A DNA stretch of 64,000 nucleotides from Marsupella aquatica (Eukaryota > Plantae > Marchantiophyta), in assembly GCA_973895155.1 (NCBI GenBank), contig OZ316897.1, positions 1,638,515 to 1,702,514 of the forward strand, given 5' to 3'. Below are positions 1 to 13,000 of this stretch, in pieces. The stretch's first letter is position 1. Each line of letters starts with the position of its first letter. The notes under the pieces were generated by a model that saw only the letters and a list, made by a program, of their open reading frames with translations, was not told the DNA's origin and did no database searches. The position numbers and the translations under genes were made by a program.

Positions 1-606
1 CACTCCTGTGCAAGCTCGAGTTTCACAGTAGGAAATTTGTTGACTTTTCAACATTGACTGTTCAACATTGACTCTCCGAGTCGGAGCATCATCGACTTTT
101 TATCTCTACTCCTACTCGGCGAGGGTCTCTGAGATCTATTCGGGACTCCTGGGGCCCACACTCCTGTGCAAGCGAGAGTTTCTCAGTAGGAGATTTGTTG
201 TTTTTGCAACATTGACTGTTCAACATCGACTCTCCGAGTCGGAGCATCATCGACTTTTTATCCCTACTCCTACTCGGCGAGGGTCTCTGAGATCTATTCG
301 GGACACCTGGGGCCCACACTCCTGTGCAAGCGAGAGTTTCTCAGTAGGAGATTTGTTGTTTTTGCAACATTGACTGTTCAACATCGACTCTCCGAGTCGG
401 AGCATCATCGACTTTTTATCCCTACTCCTACTCGGCGAGGGTCTTTGAGATCTATTCGGGACACCTGGGGCCCACACTCCTGTGCAAGCGAGAGTTTCTT
501 AGTAGGAGATTTGTTGTTTTTGCAACATTGACTGTTCAACATTGACTCTCCGAGTCGGAGCATCATCAAATTTTGATTTCGTCTCTTACTCGGCGAGGGT
601 CTCTGA
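1..606. repeat. 158-bp tandem repeat, ~3.8 copies (may extend left of the window)
   Basis: CACTCCTGTGCAAGC starts at 1, 159, 317 and 475; each unit contains a CTCGGCGAGGGTCTCTGAGA-type motif. Confidence 0.95.
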
Positions 607-3600
607 GATGGATTTGGATGTAGGATTCCCAGATTGCCTCCTTGGCGCAGGTCTACTTCAGAGTTTGGTGTCGGTTGTCTGGAGTGCATATCATACTCGA
701 CGAGCCTCTCTGAGATATATTCGAGCATTGTAAAAGAGAGAAAACGTCGGTCTGTACGGATATTTGCAAAAAAAATTGGATTCATGGTACGGAGAAGCGT
801 TTATAGTTCCATAATCCCATTTGGGCAAGGGTCTCCGAGATATATTCGAGCATTGTAGAGGAAAAAACGCCCAATTTGGAGTTGCCGAGTCGTTTTGTAC
901 GGATAATTGTAAGGGTCCGTACATAGTCCCAATTTTGGCGAGGGTCTCCGACATCTTGGGTCCCACGGCGGGGGACTAGTGCCTCTCAATTCCATCTCGG
1001 AGAGGGTCTCCGAGAGACATGATGCCTGATCTGCCTTACCTTTCCTCCCGTGATATGGTCCAAGAGTTTAGAGGCATTGCCATTTCATGCACACTACTCC
1101 TTCTCGAAGAGGGTCTCCGAGAGTACAAGGTGTCTGAAGTTCTTCATCTCCTAGATAAAGTGAAGACATTTGGGGCACGCCTTTCTATGTTGGTGAGGGT
1201 CTCTGACATGGAGCAGGGGTCTTTTGGATTTAGATTGTCAACTTCCTTGTCCACAATCCTCTTTTGTGAGTGTCTCAAAACAGGATGACTACCAGATGTG
1301 GCACACCACGCCATCTCGAAGAGGGTCTCCGAGATCTATCGGTGTTGTCTCATTGCAGCTTTGTATACCCCACCCAAGGGTATATAGGTTTAGGGTTTAA
1401 AGTTCTTTGTCAATCCCGCTATCCATTCTCGGTGAGGGTCTTTGAGATTTGGACTCGTATTGTGGGCCCCCATTCCCTCTTTGGGACGAGGCTCCGAGAT
1501 GTTGACACGTCTCAGTATTGGCCCGCTATCCATTCTCGGCGAGGGTCTTTGAGATTTGGACTCGTATTGTGGGCCCCCATTCCCTCTTTGGGACGAGGCT
1601 CTGAGATGTTGACACCTCTCAGTATGGGCCACAATTAATTGTTGGCGATGGTCTTTGAGATTTGGACCCTAAATCTCATACCCCCATACTGGGTCGTAAA
1701 CCCTAGAACCTTACGTACTTTCTTGTTTGGCCGCGTACTTTCTTGTTTGGCCCGTTAATTAACAAGATGTACGTTCTCTAGTATAGTTCGGATCTCCCGT
1801 ATCCATGTACTTGTGTGCGGTGCGGTACCGGGGATCTCTCGTATCCATGGAGTACTTCCGTGCGGTGCGGTATGTGCGGTACGAGGGTCCTTCCTTACTC
1901 TTCCTCGTCACCGGTGCGGTACGTGCGGTATGAGGGTCCTTCTTCCTTACTCTTCCTCGTCACTCTTGCTCTTCACGCTTCGTTAGGGCTTTCAACGTCG
2001 TTCTCACTTATCCCTGCGCTTCCTCACTCTTCATCATTCACTCCCCGTCTCATTCACTCCCCGTTATTCCTCATGCATCCTCGCTCTTCCTAGGTCCCCT
2101 CCGCTCTTTGTCCCAGTCTTCCAATCACGTTGGCTTTCCTCTCTTCCACTTATTCTCGGCAAGTGTGGCCGTGTGCCCTGGTTTGCGAAGGTGTTTTGAA
2201 GGCTCACCTTGGCGGCGGTCGAGTCTCGTAGTTTCAAGCTCTGTGCTGGTTGGCAAAGGTGATTTGAAGGTCTTAGTTTGGTTTGAGCTCGGCAGCGGTT
2301 GACTCTCGAAGTTTCAAGCTTTGTGCTGCAAAGGGTGATTTGAAGGTCTCAGTCGGCGGTGGTCAAATCACTCTCAGCGGGTTGTAGTTTCAAGCGCGGC
2401 GCTTCACCCATCTTCGAGGTTGGATCTTTTGTTCACTGCATGACTGTCTACACAATTTGAATGTATGTTGCAAGCTCGACATGTCAAAACTTTTGCTCGG
2501 CGGGGCTCGCCGAGATGTATGGTTATTGTGAAGTAATTCTTGAATGTTTTCTCATGTAATCTTAGATCACAATGGTGAAGAGGAAAGACTCGGCTGGTTT
2601 TGTCGCTGGACCTGTTGATAGCGGAACTTCTCAGCGGAGTAAGAAACAACGGTCTTTGTCCCCTTCGCCAGTGACATCTCGACTAACACGCTCACAAGGT
2701 GGTCCCCTTGTGGAGTCAGTGGACTCAAGGAGGAAGTTTGAGCCAAAGCAAATATCGTTCGAGCCAATAGGAGCAGCGGAATTAGCAGATATTGCAGAGA
2801 AGGGAGCTTGGGAGTCGATCGTCTCCAAGTATGAGACGAAGTTTGAAAAGGATCCTCCCCGGATCCCCTTATGCCGGCTCATGCCAATGGAGGCCGTCAG
2901 GAATCTTCATGATGAGTCAGTGGTCAAACTAAAAAAAGGATTCAGAGAGAGCGGCTATGTTGTAAAGCTCAGCGAGTTCCACATCACTGAGTTCAATGAA
3001 GCAGGGGAGACGAGGACAGTGGCAGAGTTCAAGCCCTATTGGGACTCGCTGTGGACTGAAATCAATGAGCAGTTTGAGCAAGAGTGCGATGCGTCAGAGG
3101 ACTTCAAAATGCTCAAGGACAAGATGTTTTGGGTTTTTGACGGAAACCATAGGTACACAGCTTGGTCTGCAGTTGCGGAGGAGTTTCCAGATCAACCGCA
3201 GTACCATCCGTGTGTCAGATTCTCTCTTTTGAACGCTGGAAAGGATGGATTCAAGAAGGTTGAGCAAGCAATGCACGCTCTGAACTCGTAAGTAACTCAC
3301 ATTTTGCAACAACAGGTATACAATATCGTTTCCCTTGTGTGAATACCCTATTGGCAATCTGTCAAAGATTGCCCTGTTTGAATGTTAGACCTAAGAACAT
3401 TCTTTGCCGTGTCCAGGATAAGCGCGACTGTCGTGAGGACGTCATGGTTCAATGACGCCGATCGGGTGGCGAAGCTGTTGAACACTCCATTGGAGGAGTA
3501 CAGTTTGCTTATGTCCAAGGAGACGCTGGAGGGTTTCCTCAAGCATGAGACTGAGGCAATGATTACTGCTGCGTGCAAGAGCTGGGACACTAAGTTCCCC

Positions 3601-6600
3601 AAGCTCGCGGCCTGCGTGAATCCAGCCAATGGTTTGGAATTCATCCCAGCATGTCGACAGCTCTATCACAAGTTGGCAAAGGAGGCCAAGCAGGGTGTCA
3701 TGAATGTGCAGGTTGGATTGGATCGGATCTGCTTGTTTTCTGGGGCTTGGTTAACTGCAGAGTGCAGATTAAAACTCTTGAAGGCTCATTTTGGAACGGA
3801 GGAAGATAGGAGTAGGTATCACCATCCACGTAGCAATAGTGATTCAGCGGTTAGATCATGGCTAGCAGTGTGGTCAATGTGGTGTTACATGGACTACGTT
3901 GGTTGTATCTTGTTGACCAATTTTGCTGAGAAGGCCTACCAGCCTGGCAATTTTAGCGGAATGCGAGAGGAATTTGCTGAGCTTTATAGAAAGCTTTACC
4001 GATCTTATGTGCAAGAGAAATCCTTAAAAGTAGGTGGTGACATTTGGAATGAAGGGAATACCAAATTGGCGTTTCGGGAAGCGTGGATTAAGCGAACAAA
4101 GCGGTGCGTGACAAGATTTCTCATACATTAGGAGAACATGAATGCAACGATGTTGAAACAACTACCATTGGCGATTAGATCTTGGATGGAGGCTACAGGT
4201 AGCCTTAGCATGTATCCATGTGATGGTCGCATGCCTCATGGCAGAGTATTCTCGGATTGGGAACAGAGGAACTGCCCATGGTACATGGAGTATGACAATT
4301 GGAACACTTTTCTCGAGGTTGTCAAGAAGGATAGTGCAGACCTGCTCAAAGAAGCACAGGAACCTAGTAATTACTACGATATAACAAAGTTGCGACAACT
4401 GTCAGATTCAGTAACGGAGGCAACAGAGGTGGAGACCCTTATCCCAACTGACCCTGCCTATGACGGGAAGAAGGCCAGAAAAGAAGGTGAACGGAAGGTT
4501 GAGAAGGAACCATCGAGCGACATCAGTCAATCTGACTCGCTAACCAGTCCAAGAAAAACATCAGGTATTACTCGATTCCTTTCGCACTGCATAGTGGTTT
4601 CATTTGGAACTACATCTTGGCTGGGTTTGCTAACATAGTACTGAACCAATTTTGGGGTCGTTGAGATAGACTGCATCTCATCTCGGCGAGGCTCGCTGAG
4701 AACAAACAAGTTTCAGTCGCATCTCGTCCGAACCCTTGGATCTCATCTCGGCGAGGCTCACTGAGAAGAACAGCCAAATGTCATCCGGACCTTTGCAGAT
4801 GAAGTATAATGTCAAGTGTCTGGATGTCATGTCGGCGAGGCTCGCGGAGAAGCTAGCTTAGGATCAATAACCCCATTGCTTTGCAATCTATCCAGGTATG
4901 AAGGAGATACCGGAGGAACCAGGTTCTGTAAAAAGCAAGGTTGTAGAAGTGGCTTCAAAGCCAATTATAGAGAAGGCTCCACAGCCAACAATAGAGTCGG
5001 CTACAGAACCAACTGCAGAACCAACGATAAAGCCGGCTACACTACAACAAGGCAACCAGCAAGTGGAGCAACAAAGCGTGCAGCCTTCGACAGAGCCAAT
5101 GGTAGACCAGCCTCTGGACCAACAAAGCGAGCAGGAACAAGAGCATGACGCATCCCAGGGAGAGAACGCAACCCAAGGAGGGGATCATTCAGACAACGTA
5201 CGGGTAGATAACGAAGGAGAAGATGAACGGGTAGAGGACGAAGGAGAAGACGAACGGGTAGAGGACAAAGGAGAAGACGAACAAGAGGGGCGTGAGTCTG
5301 ATACTCCGGCGCCAAAACGGATGCCATTATCCTCAAGGCCAAAGACAAAGGCTGCAAAAAAGACCAAAACAACGAGGCCCAAACCTCGCTGCGCAAAAGC
5401 ACGTGACACTGAGCTTGAAGACATTCCGCCCAGCCCCATAGAGCAACCCCCGCCTAGCACCATACCACAACCCCCGCCCAGCCCAATAGAGGTTCCGCCC
5501 ACGACAATCCAACATGAGGCCCCAACGGATGGCCCAAATTACGAAGAGGACGTTGAAGGCGAACCAAAGTCGGATGGCACAGAGGTGGTTGGAGTTCGGC
5601 GTTCAAGCGCCGATAGCTTTTCTTCCCCACTCAGGCATTGTTATTTTAAATGGTCTCCGTATCTTTTCAAAACTTACTTTGACGCTGCCAATGACAGTAA
5701 AGAACCGGCTGTGGTACTCCGTTTTAGAGACTGGTGCAGAAAGCTTAGGCGGGGTGGTTTGGCTGCAGAAGGCTGGCTAAAGAATGGGAAGCCTGCAAGG
5801 TCTGGTGCAAATCTGATTCTGATTCAAATGGGATCAGACACCCGCATGCACGCGGATGGGAACATCCCATTGTGGAATTTGTTCCGGCCAGACGACCTCA
5901 GTCGGGTTGAGGATTTTGCGCGAGTTTTCCTCGATGATGAGAGATCGTTTGGCATAGTGCACAGTGCTTCGGTTGCCCACTCCACAGTACTTTGTGACAG
6001 TCTCAATTACGAAGAGACCAATTGGGTGCTGAAAGACACCTTTTTCATCTGGAACGCCACACCCACCTTCGACTTCACGACTCGAAAGCGGGTAAGTCTA
6101 ATAGATTTAACTCCATTCTTGTCTTATGTTCTTTCGGTGACTTGTACTCAGAAAGACTCATCACTGACTTTGTTCTGTACGTCCAGAGTGAATATCTCAA
6201 GCTGGACCTTTGGGGATTTAAATCGTCTGCCGAGGTATGCCCAAAGGATGACGTGAAGCCAATCAGTGTCGAGCTTGATATGAAGTTGAGGAACGGGCTA
6301 ACTAACTATACAACGGGTCAGAATGAGACCATTGATGATTTTGGTGGCACCTTGTCTCCAGCTACACTCCAATGTATAATAGAATATACAACTAAGCCAG
6401 GGGGAACTGTTGTCACGTTCAATGCACACTTCAGGGCTATCTTTAAGGCTGGTGAGAACTGTGGGCGGATGGTCTTTGGGACCGAATCCTATCCGTACTT
6501 CAAATCTTATGCGGAAGACACGATGACAGAGTTCGTTGGAGTGCCTCTAACGGAGCAAGAGGAGGCAGTGGATTGTCGAAAATCCAATCCAGAAAAGCGC

Positions 6601-6689
6601 GAGAATAAAAAGCCTTCATGTGAGTTTACTACCGTTTCCCTTCAATGATTTTAATATTGTCCCATAGTATTTCAGCGGACTCTCCGAGA

Positions 6690-7150
6690 TGGCTCTCCAT
6701 CTGGGCAAATCCATCTCGGCTGACCTCTCCGAGATGCATGTCGGCCGGCCTAGCCGAGAGGATCGCATCTGGCCCGGGCACTTTGAGATTTGCTGGAAAA
6801 TCCCTCTCAGCTGGCCTCTCCGAGATGCATGTCGGCGGGCCTCGCCGAGAGGAATCGCATCTGGCCCGGGCATATTCAGATTTCCAGGCAAGTCCATCTC
6901 GGCTGGCCTCTCCGAGATGCATGTCGGCGGGCCTCGCCGAGAGGAATCGCATCTGGCCCGGGCATATTCAGATTTCCAGGCAAGTCCATCTCGGCTGGCC
7001 TCTCCGAGATGCATGTCGGCGGGCCTCGCCGAGAGGAATCGCATCTGGCCCGGGCATATTCAGATTTCCAGGCAAGTCCATCTCAGCGGGCCTCTCTGAG
7101 ATGCATGTCGGCGGGCCTCTCTGAGATGCATGTCGGCGGGCCTCGCCCAG
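6690..7150. repeat. 92-bp tandem repeat (~4.5 copies) inside predicted intron 4
   Basis: GAGATGCATGTCGGC at 6731, 6822, 6914, 7006, 7098; units are built from the CTCGG..CCGAG palindrome. Confidence 0.9.
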
Positions 7151-7695
7151 ATGAATCCCGGGTGGCCTGGCCACGTCAACTTCTACTGGCAAGTCCACGT
7201 AGGGCCTTAGATGCGTCTGGAGGGACAAAAATACATCTTGGCTAGCCTCTCTGAGATCTATCTTGAAAGGCAACTCAATGGATTATCTGGGGTGTCCACA
7301 TCGCCTCACAAATTTGTTCTTGTGATCCGTCTATTCTGGCGCAATACATGATTCGATTTAAGTATAACTTAGTAGCAGTTCCCGACAGGACCACCGAGTC
7401 GGCAACCGAGGAATGGGACACATAGGACAGACGACTTGTGAAGCTCGCTTGGGAGGAAGCTTCGGCATTATTCTCTCCGGAGAAGTCAAGCCTACCGTGC
7501 TACGCTGATACATATCATGAAGAAAGAGTTGCTCATTTTGTGAAAGAGAGAACAAGGAAGACTCTCAAATTTGTCGATGATAGGGCAGAAGAGGCTGAAT
7601 CGGATGAGAGTAGCTCGGTAGGAAGTGATAGTGATAGTCTCCAAACTCACCATGCAAGCATAAGTTTGTCAAGCTCCAATTCCGAAGAGTAATTT

Positions 7696-8520
7696 TTGGG
7701 TGAATTTACCTTCATTGCAGCTCAGAAGCAAACTGAGCCACAACAACCAGTCGACGAGGTAGTGACTGCCCAGCAAGGAGTCAATCAGGGGGTGCTTGTG
7801 CACCAACAACCGAATCAGGGGGTGCCTGCACAACGACATCAACCCGTCATACTTGCGACCATAGTCAAAGAAGCATTGGACTCCAACAGGGACCAAGATG
7901 AAGTCCTAGTCAGCCTCGGCGACTTAAAATTGAAGAGAAAAGATTTCAAATGCTTGAGGGCAAAAAAATGGCTCACTTGTGACATCATCAATGCTTACAT
8001 TCCTCTATTGGAGCGTAGAGCAGAGGTCATTGCAAAACCCAAATGCATGCTTTTGCCCACACATTTTTACAATGTCTTGACGCATCCTGCGTACAGCTTC
8101 AACGCAGCGTTGGCATTTGTGAAGGGCATTGACGTCTTTTCATTCGACCTCATTCTAATCCCCATCCACAGGCCAAAACATTGGGTACTAGCTGTGGTCG
8201 ATTTTACTTTGCAGCAACTACATTTGCTCGATCCCATTGGAGGCGAAGCATCAGAATGCGACGATTTGGTGAATGTCGGTCGGTTTCTCCATGACCTGTC
8301 CCACTTGCGCAGTTGTCCCCACTTATCGCCATTACAATGGCAAGGCATCGTCCGCGACAATATTCCAGCCCAACCCGATAGTTACAATTGTGGAGTATAT
8401 GTCATAATGTACATGGAGCGTCTTTCTAGAGGCTCTGTATTGGCGGTTGACCCTAAACATGTACTGCTTATACGACAAAAGATTATTGTAGACCTAATCT
8501 GGCAGACGATCAGTTTGTAG
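7696..8520 (+). CDS. Ulp1-family (peptidase C48) SUMO/ubiquitin-like protease domain
   Basis: KKWLTCDIINAY, PTHFY, LILIPIH..KHWVLAVVD, LLDP, QPDSYNCGVY: His/Asp/Cys triad and oxyanion Gln intact. Confidence 0.9.
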   Translation: MGEFTFIAAQKQTEPQQPVDEVVTAQQGVNQGVLVHQQPNQGVPAQRHQPVILATIVKEALDSNRDQDEVLVSLGDLKLKRKDFKCLRAKKWLTCDIINAYIPLLERRAEVIAKPKCMLLPTHFYNVLTHPAYSFNAALAFVKGIDVFSFDLILIPIHRPKHWVLAVVDFTLQQLHLLDPIGGEASECDDLVNVGRFLHDLSHLRSCPHLSPLQWQGIVRDNIPAQPDSYNCGVYVIMYMERLSRGSVLAVDPKHVLLIRQKIIVDLIWQTISL

Positions 8521-9299
8521 ATAGAGGATCGATGGATTGCCTTTGTGAATTCAATTTGTGAATATTTCACAACAGAGCAACATGTTGTATACGAAGTAAA
8601 ATAAAAATTTCCTCCAAAGGTTACTTTCTATGCTGGACCCCGTGTTGTTCTTCAATGTCATGCCGAGCTCTCCAGGATAAGTCGGCGAGGGTCTTTGAGA
8701 TGAGTCTTTGAAAGGGACGTGTTGTATGGACTCTGTTGTACGATGTGTTGTATGGATCCTTTTTGAGATTTAGTAGCGACACCCCATGATATATCGAAGA
8801 CCCTGTGTGAGAAGTTTTTTTTTCCTCGAATTTCAGTTGAATCTCGGCGGGGCTCGCTGAGATTCAACTGAACTTCGAGGAAATCTCAGAGAGGCCGCCA
8901 AGATTGAAACTTTATATTCTCCTTTAATGTTAGAGAGGCAGCCGACATAAGAAATGGTCAAAGTAAAGTACCCGATCCAACCTCAAAGAGGCGCCGACAA
9001 TGGCGCGGACTGCAATTGGGTTGTGGATTGGGTTGTGCCCCAAAAGAATTCATCTCAGCTGATTCGCTGAGTTCCGGTGTTGGACTGATATCAGTCACTG
9101 ATGAAACTCACTGATAACTGATGAAGTACACGACCCTTGGACCCTGCCATGTTTGGGTGCTCCATACCGTGATGAACTTCATGAAGTATGTATTATCGCT
9201 GACCGCACACTGTATACTCCTCTTGCTCTTTATGGTGTTCATGTTGAAGTGTAAAGACAAAAATCATTCTTGACTGGTTATACTTTGTGGTTGTTTTAC

Positions 9300-9761
9300 T
9301 CATTTTGTGCGCCCATTTTGCGCAAGATTTTCTTAAGAACATCTTGGGCAACACCACACCTTTTTCCCTTAATGGCATCTTGGATGACACCACATCTTTT
9401 TTCTTAAACAACAACATCTTGGGCAACACAACATTCGTTTTTCTTAATGACATCTTACATGACACGACATATTTTTTCTTAATAATATCTTGAATGGGAG
9501 ACATGACATCTGTTGTTCTCAACGACTTTTTGGCCGACATGACATCTTTTGTTATCACCGGCATCTTGGCTAACACGACACCTTTTGTTCTCACATCTTG
9601 GGCGACACAACATCTTTCTTCTCAACGACCTCTTGGCCGACACGACATCTTTATTCTCAACAACCTCTTGGCCGACACGACCTCTTTTGTTCTCAACGAC
9701 ATCAGGAACGACATCTTGGTTGTCACGACATCTTTTGTGCAATGCACGGGTATTGAGCTAG
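9300..9761 (+). mobile_element. Non-autonomous Helitron 3' portion with GACATCTT minisatellite (5' end not defined)
   Basis: Ends GTGCAATGCACGGG-TATTGAG-CTAG|T (hairpin plus CTAG at 9758-9761 followed by T); preceded by degenerate short tandem repeats. Confidence 0.75.
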
Positions 9762-10086
9762 TGGAATGATAAAGACAACTACAACGGCCCGCATGAGTCC
9801 AAAGAGAGATGAACTTGTGGAGTGAAGCCCTCTATCACTCCCCTAGTACTATGCAGAGTGAGAAGGAGGGAGGAATATAAGATGTGCATTCATTGGTTTA
9901 TAGACATCTAATGTGGTTTATCACGATTGGTATCCTGCCCCATTTTTGTGTCCTTTTAGCAGGATTGTTTGTGAGCATCCTTATGTAATTCGGAGCCTGC
10001 TGGTAATCACACATCAAAATGTGGCTCCATTCATTGATTGAAAGTCACATTACAAGTATCGCGGTATGCAGGGGTTCCGTACATAG

Positions 10087-13000
10087 TGTGATATAGCAGT
10101 TATTCAGAATTTCTGTAAAAACTTTAAAATTTTCAACTTTTTGAGATAAGTAGTGATTCGCCTCAGGTTATCTATATTAATTAGGAGCATTAGAGTAGTT
10201 AAGCCATCCTCAAGTACATCCCTGTAGTCTCCTAAAACTAGTTCCTTTTACAGCCATGTCAAATCGGAGTCACAGTAGCAGCTTATACGCTTACGCGCTG
10301 AGACGCATAGGCATTTATGCGCTGATGCGCCCAGACGCTTATACACAACCCACCCTGCCGGTAACCGAAAATAACCGTTGACAACGAGGAGGGAGTGACA
10401 GAGTGACTTACTAGACCACCTGCTCGCGACAAATATTTTCACTTCCCTGTTTGCTACCAAAGGCCTCGACGTTCACGCCCATACGTAGAAACGCTTGAGC
10501 GCTGTGGCATTTATACGCTCATACGCTATCACGCCAATACGCCTCGACGTTTTGCAACTTAGATTTCTGTGGAAATAGTGAATCAAATTCCAAGAACCGT
10601 GGCTACAACTTGCCATGGCGGGCGTGGAGGAGATGAGTGGCGATTCCCCTATTCCGAAAGCTATACTTGTGAAGTACCCCGCACTAGAGAGGGATTTGAT
10701 GTTATTGACCGATGCTCTAGAAGTTATGCACCTGGGAAAACTTCTATCCATTCCGTGGTCTTCTGTGTGTCCTACCTACTTGCGCGAGTTTGCTGATGAG
10801 TCTCAGATTCCAGAAGCTTTTCAAGAGACTGTTCGAGCAGATCCCAAAAAATGGGACTTGGAATTCGTGGCCGACGCTTTTAGTTGTCCATCAGAAGGCT
10901 GTGGTTTACAATCTGGAAAGAGTACTCTATCTGATCCAATGTTTGCTGGGATGAAAAATACAAAAGCTGGATGGAAGTTAAATCAATGTATTGATTATAC
11001 CTTCAAAATTATCCTTGAGTTTTTAGTGCCGATTTTCCATCCCACTCGACCTTACATGGTACCTGTATCTTTGGCGAACACATTTGTTACTTCATGGAAA
11101 GGACTTGCTGAAGTTAATTGGGGATTGTTATTGAGGCACACCATCCTCAGTCAATTCAATGCAGTACATAATGAAAAGCCTACATACCTCCCAGCTTACC
11201 TCAGTCAGCTTTACTGGTATGGAGACTGTCTACTCCCACAGGAAAAGCTCGAAAGGATTGCACTATTGGAGGAATTAGATGTGGAACATTCAGAGGCTGA
11301 TTCGACACTCGATGATCTGAGAATGGAGGAAACATCAGAAGCCAGTCATCAAGAAATTATACCACCTGCTCTGGAACTTATGGATGAGGATATTAATCCT
11401 CACGTTGAGATTACACCTTACCATACTAATAGTAGTCCGACCGACCACTCTCCTCTCCCTGTTATCCCTACCAGTGAACACAATCATCCAGAGAAATTGA
11501 TTGATGATGGGAAGGCTATTTTTAATCAGGATATAGTAGACAGTTTGTCTAGAATGTTGACTTGTGATCCAAAAGAAATCCTCCCTATTGTAGATAGATT
11601 AAGGACTGCTTCTGTTACTCAACCCTCGCCAGCCTATAATTGTATTACTCCATACAGTTCCACTTCCATTTATTCATCCACCCAGAGTCCTATCCAATCA
11701 AAACATCCATTCACCGAAGGACAATCAGAAGCCCCTAGAACTACACATCACCTTTCTCTGACAGATATCGAGAATCCCGACACTATCATGGGATCCCCAA
11801 TGGATGAGAGATTACCACCACTGAGAACAGATCTTCAACAAATTGTGAATACTTCACCCCGACATTCAGCTGAGTATTACTTTAATCTTGTAGGTGAGAT
11901 TTGCAAGATGTTGGAGTGTGATCCCGGTCATTTGATCAAAGTATCAGATGAGGTTATGTATAGATTATCACGTATTTCAAGCCACGACCAGCACTTGGAA
12001 TACTGTGAAGATCTCGTCCACAGATTCACTCAGATGTTTGGCTGCAACACCAAGCAAGTTTATTCTGCAGTTCGCTATCATACCTCAGCATCAGGCTCTC
12101 CCATTTCTTATTCTAGTTCTCCTTCTAGCCATTCACCTACTTCTCCTTATAGTCCTTCAAACCAACCAAACCAACTTTTCCCTAGTTTTCCAGAACCTGA
12201 GATCACTCCTACAGATGCACATCTTGCCATTTCTTTCCCTGACACTCTTCCACCCAGTCAAGACAAATCATGCCAAGTCAATTTTATCCCTACTCTGCAT
12301 ATCGATCCAAAAACCCCTCAGGAAAGTATTAAACAGTTTGCTGAGTTTGTTAGAGTCTCAGACCTTAGATCCCCTCCTATTTTAGAGTTTTGGAAATATT
12401 ACCATAAGAAGAGAGTTGAATGCCTTTATATCTTGAAACTTCATTTGCTAGAGGTCACTCGCTTGGAGATAGCAGAGATGGATGAGATCTGGATAGAAGC
12501 TGAGTATTTTCGCCCTGTTCTCGCTATCATGATCCTCGTTGGACACCTTGTATTGGAGAATGGAGATCTGGCTCTAGCTTATTTCGGGAATCTACCTGCT
12601 TATGTCCTGGAGTTCATCATTGTCTTCTTAAGACAAACCAAGAGGAGATTTCAGATGAATCATGAAGCTTCTCCAGTCCAGCCTGTTGTCCTCCAACGAT
12701 TTGTTACTCCAGTACCTGAGAAGCAGAGGATTTGGAATAACATTACTTCTCAGCGCTTAACAGAGTATACTCTGAAGTGGCGTGAACTCCTACCTAGAGT
12801 TACTTCATTCCTACCATTTGCCAGAGACTCCGAGGTATTCATGGCCAAGTTTCCTCAAAACTACCATGCTACTTGCTGCACTTACGACTTCATTGGTATT
12901 TACATGCAAGCTAGCAAGGTAAATACCATGCTACATCGGAGGCTTCTTCCTGTACTTGATCTTGAACGACAGCGGAAGTCTCTACCTTTCTATCGGCATC

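Larger units (their letters stand above)
2572..8520 (+). pseudogene. Spliced multi-domain gene: ParB/sulfiredoxin-like N-domain, low-complexity linker, degenerate N4/N6 DNA-methyltransferase-like domain, Ulp1/C48 protease
   Basis: GT-AG exons 2572-3287, 3417-4564, 4896-6091, 6187-6619 and 7379-8520 join in frame (4635 nt); premature stops at 4129 (TAG), 7423 (TAG) and 7690 (TAA). Motifs FWVFDGNHRYTAW; IIEYTTKPGGTVV...CGRMVFGTE; HWVL/LLDP/QPDSYNCG. Confidence 0.7.
115..9072. repeat. Dispersed ~23-bp imperfect palindrome family (consensus near ATCTCGGCGAG-G-CTCGCCGAGAT)
   Basis: Dozens of variants, e.g. ~115, 431, 589, 696, 994, 1313, 1534, 2496, 4680, 4745, 4830, 6670-7258 (many), 8681, 8841, 9052; not noticed beyond ~9.1 kb. 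Confidence 0.85.

Noticed and set aside
1-1660. CRISPR-like array (palindromic repeats with spacers)
   Set aside because: Spacers are themselves repeated or irregular, repeats are degenerate, there are no cas genes and the context is eukaryotic
5800-6520. Catalytically active DNA methyltransferase
   Set aside because: Neither DPPY/SPPY nor FxGxG is present; only a degenerate fold is proposed
6616-7273. Overlapping ORFs on both strands
   Set aside because: Artefacts of the GC-rich 92-bp repeat in a predicted intron
9193-9769. Repetitive ORFs (KKDVV...)
   Set aside because: Translations of the Helitron minisatellite
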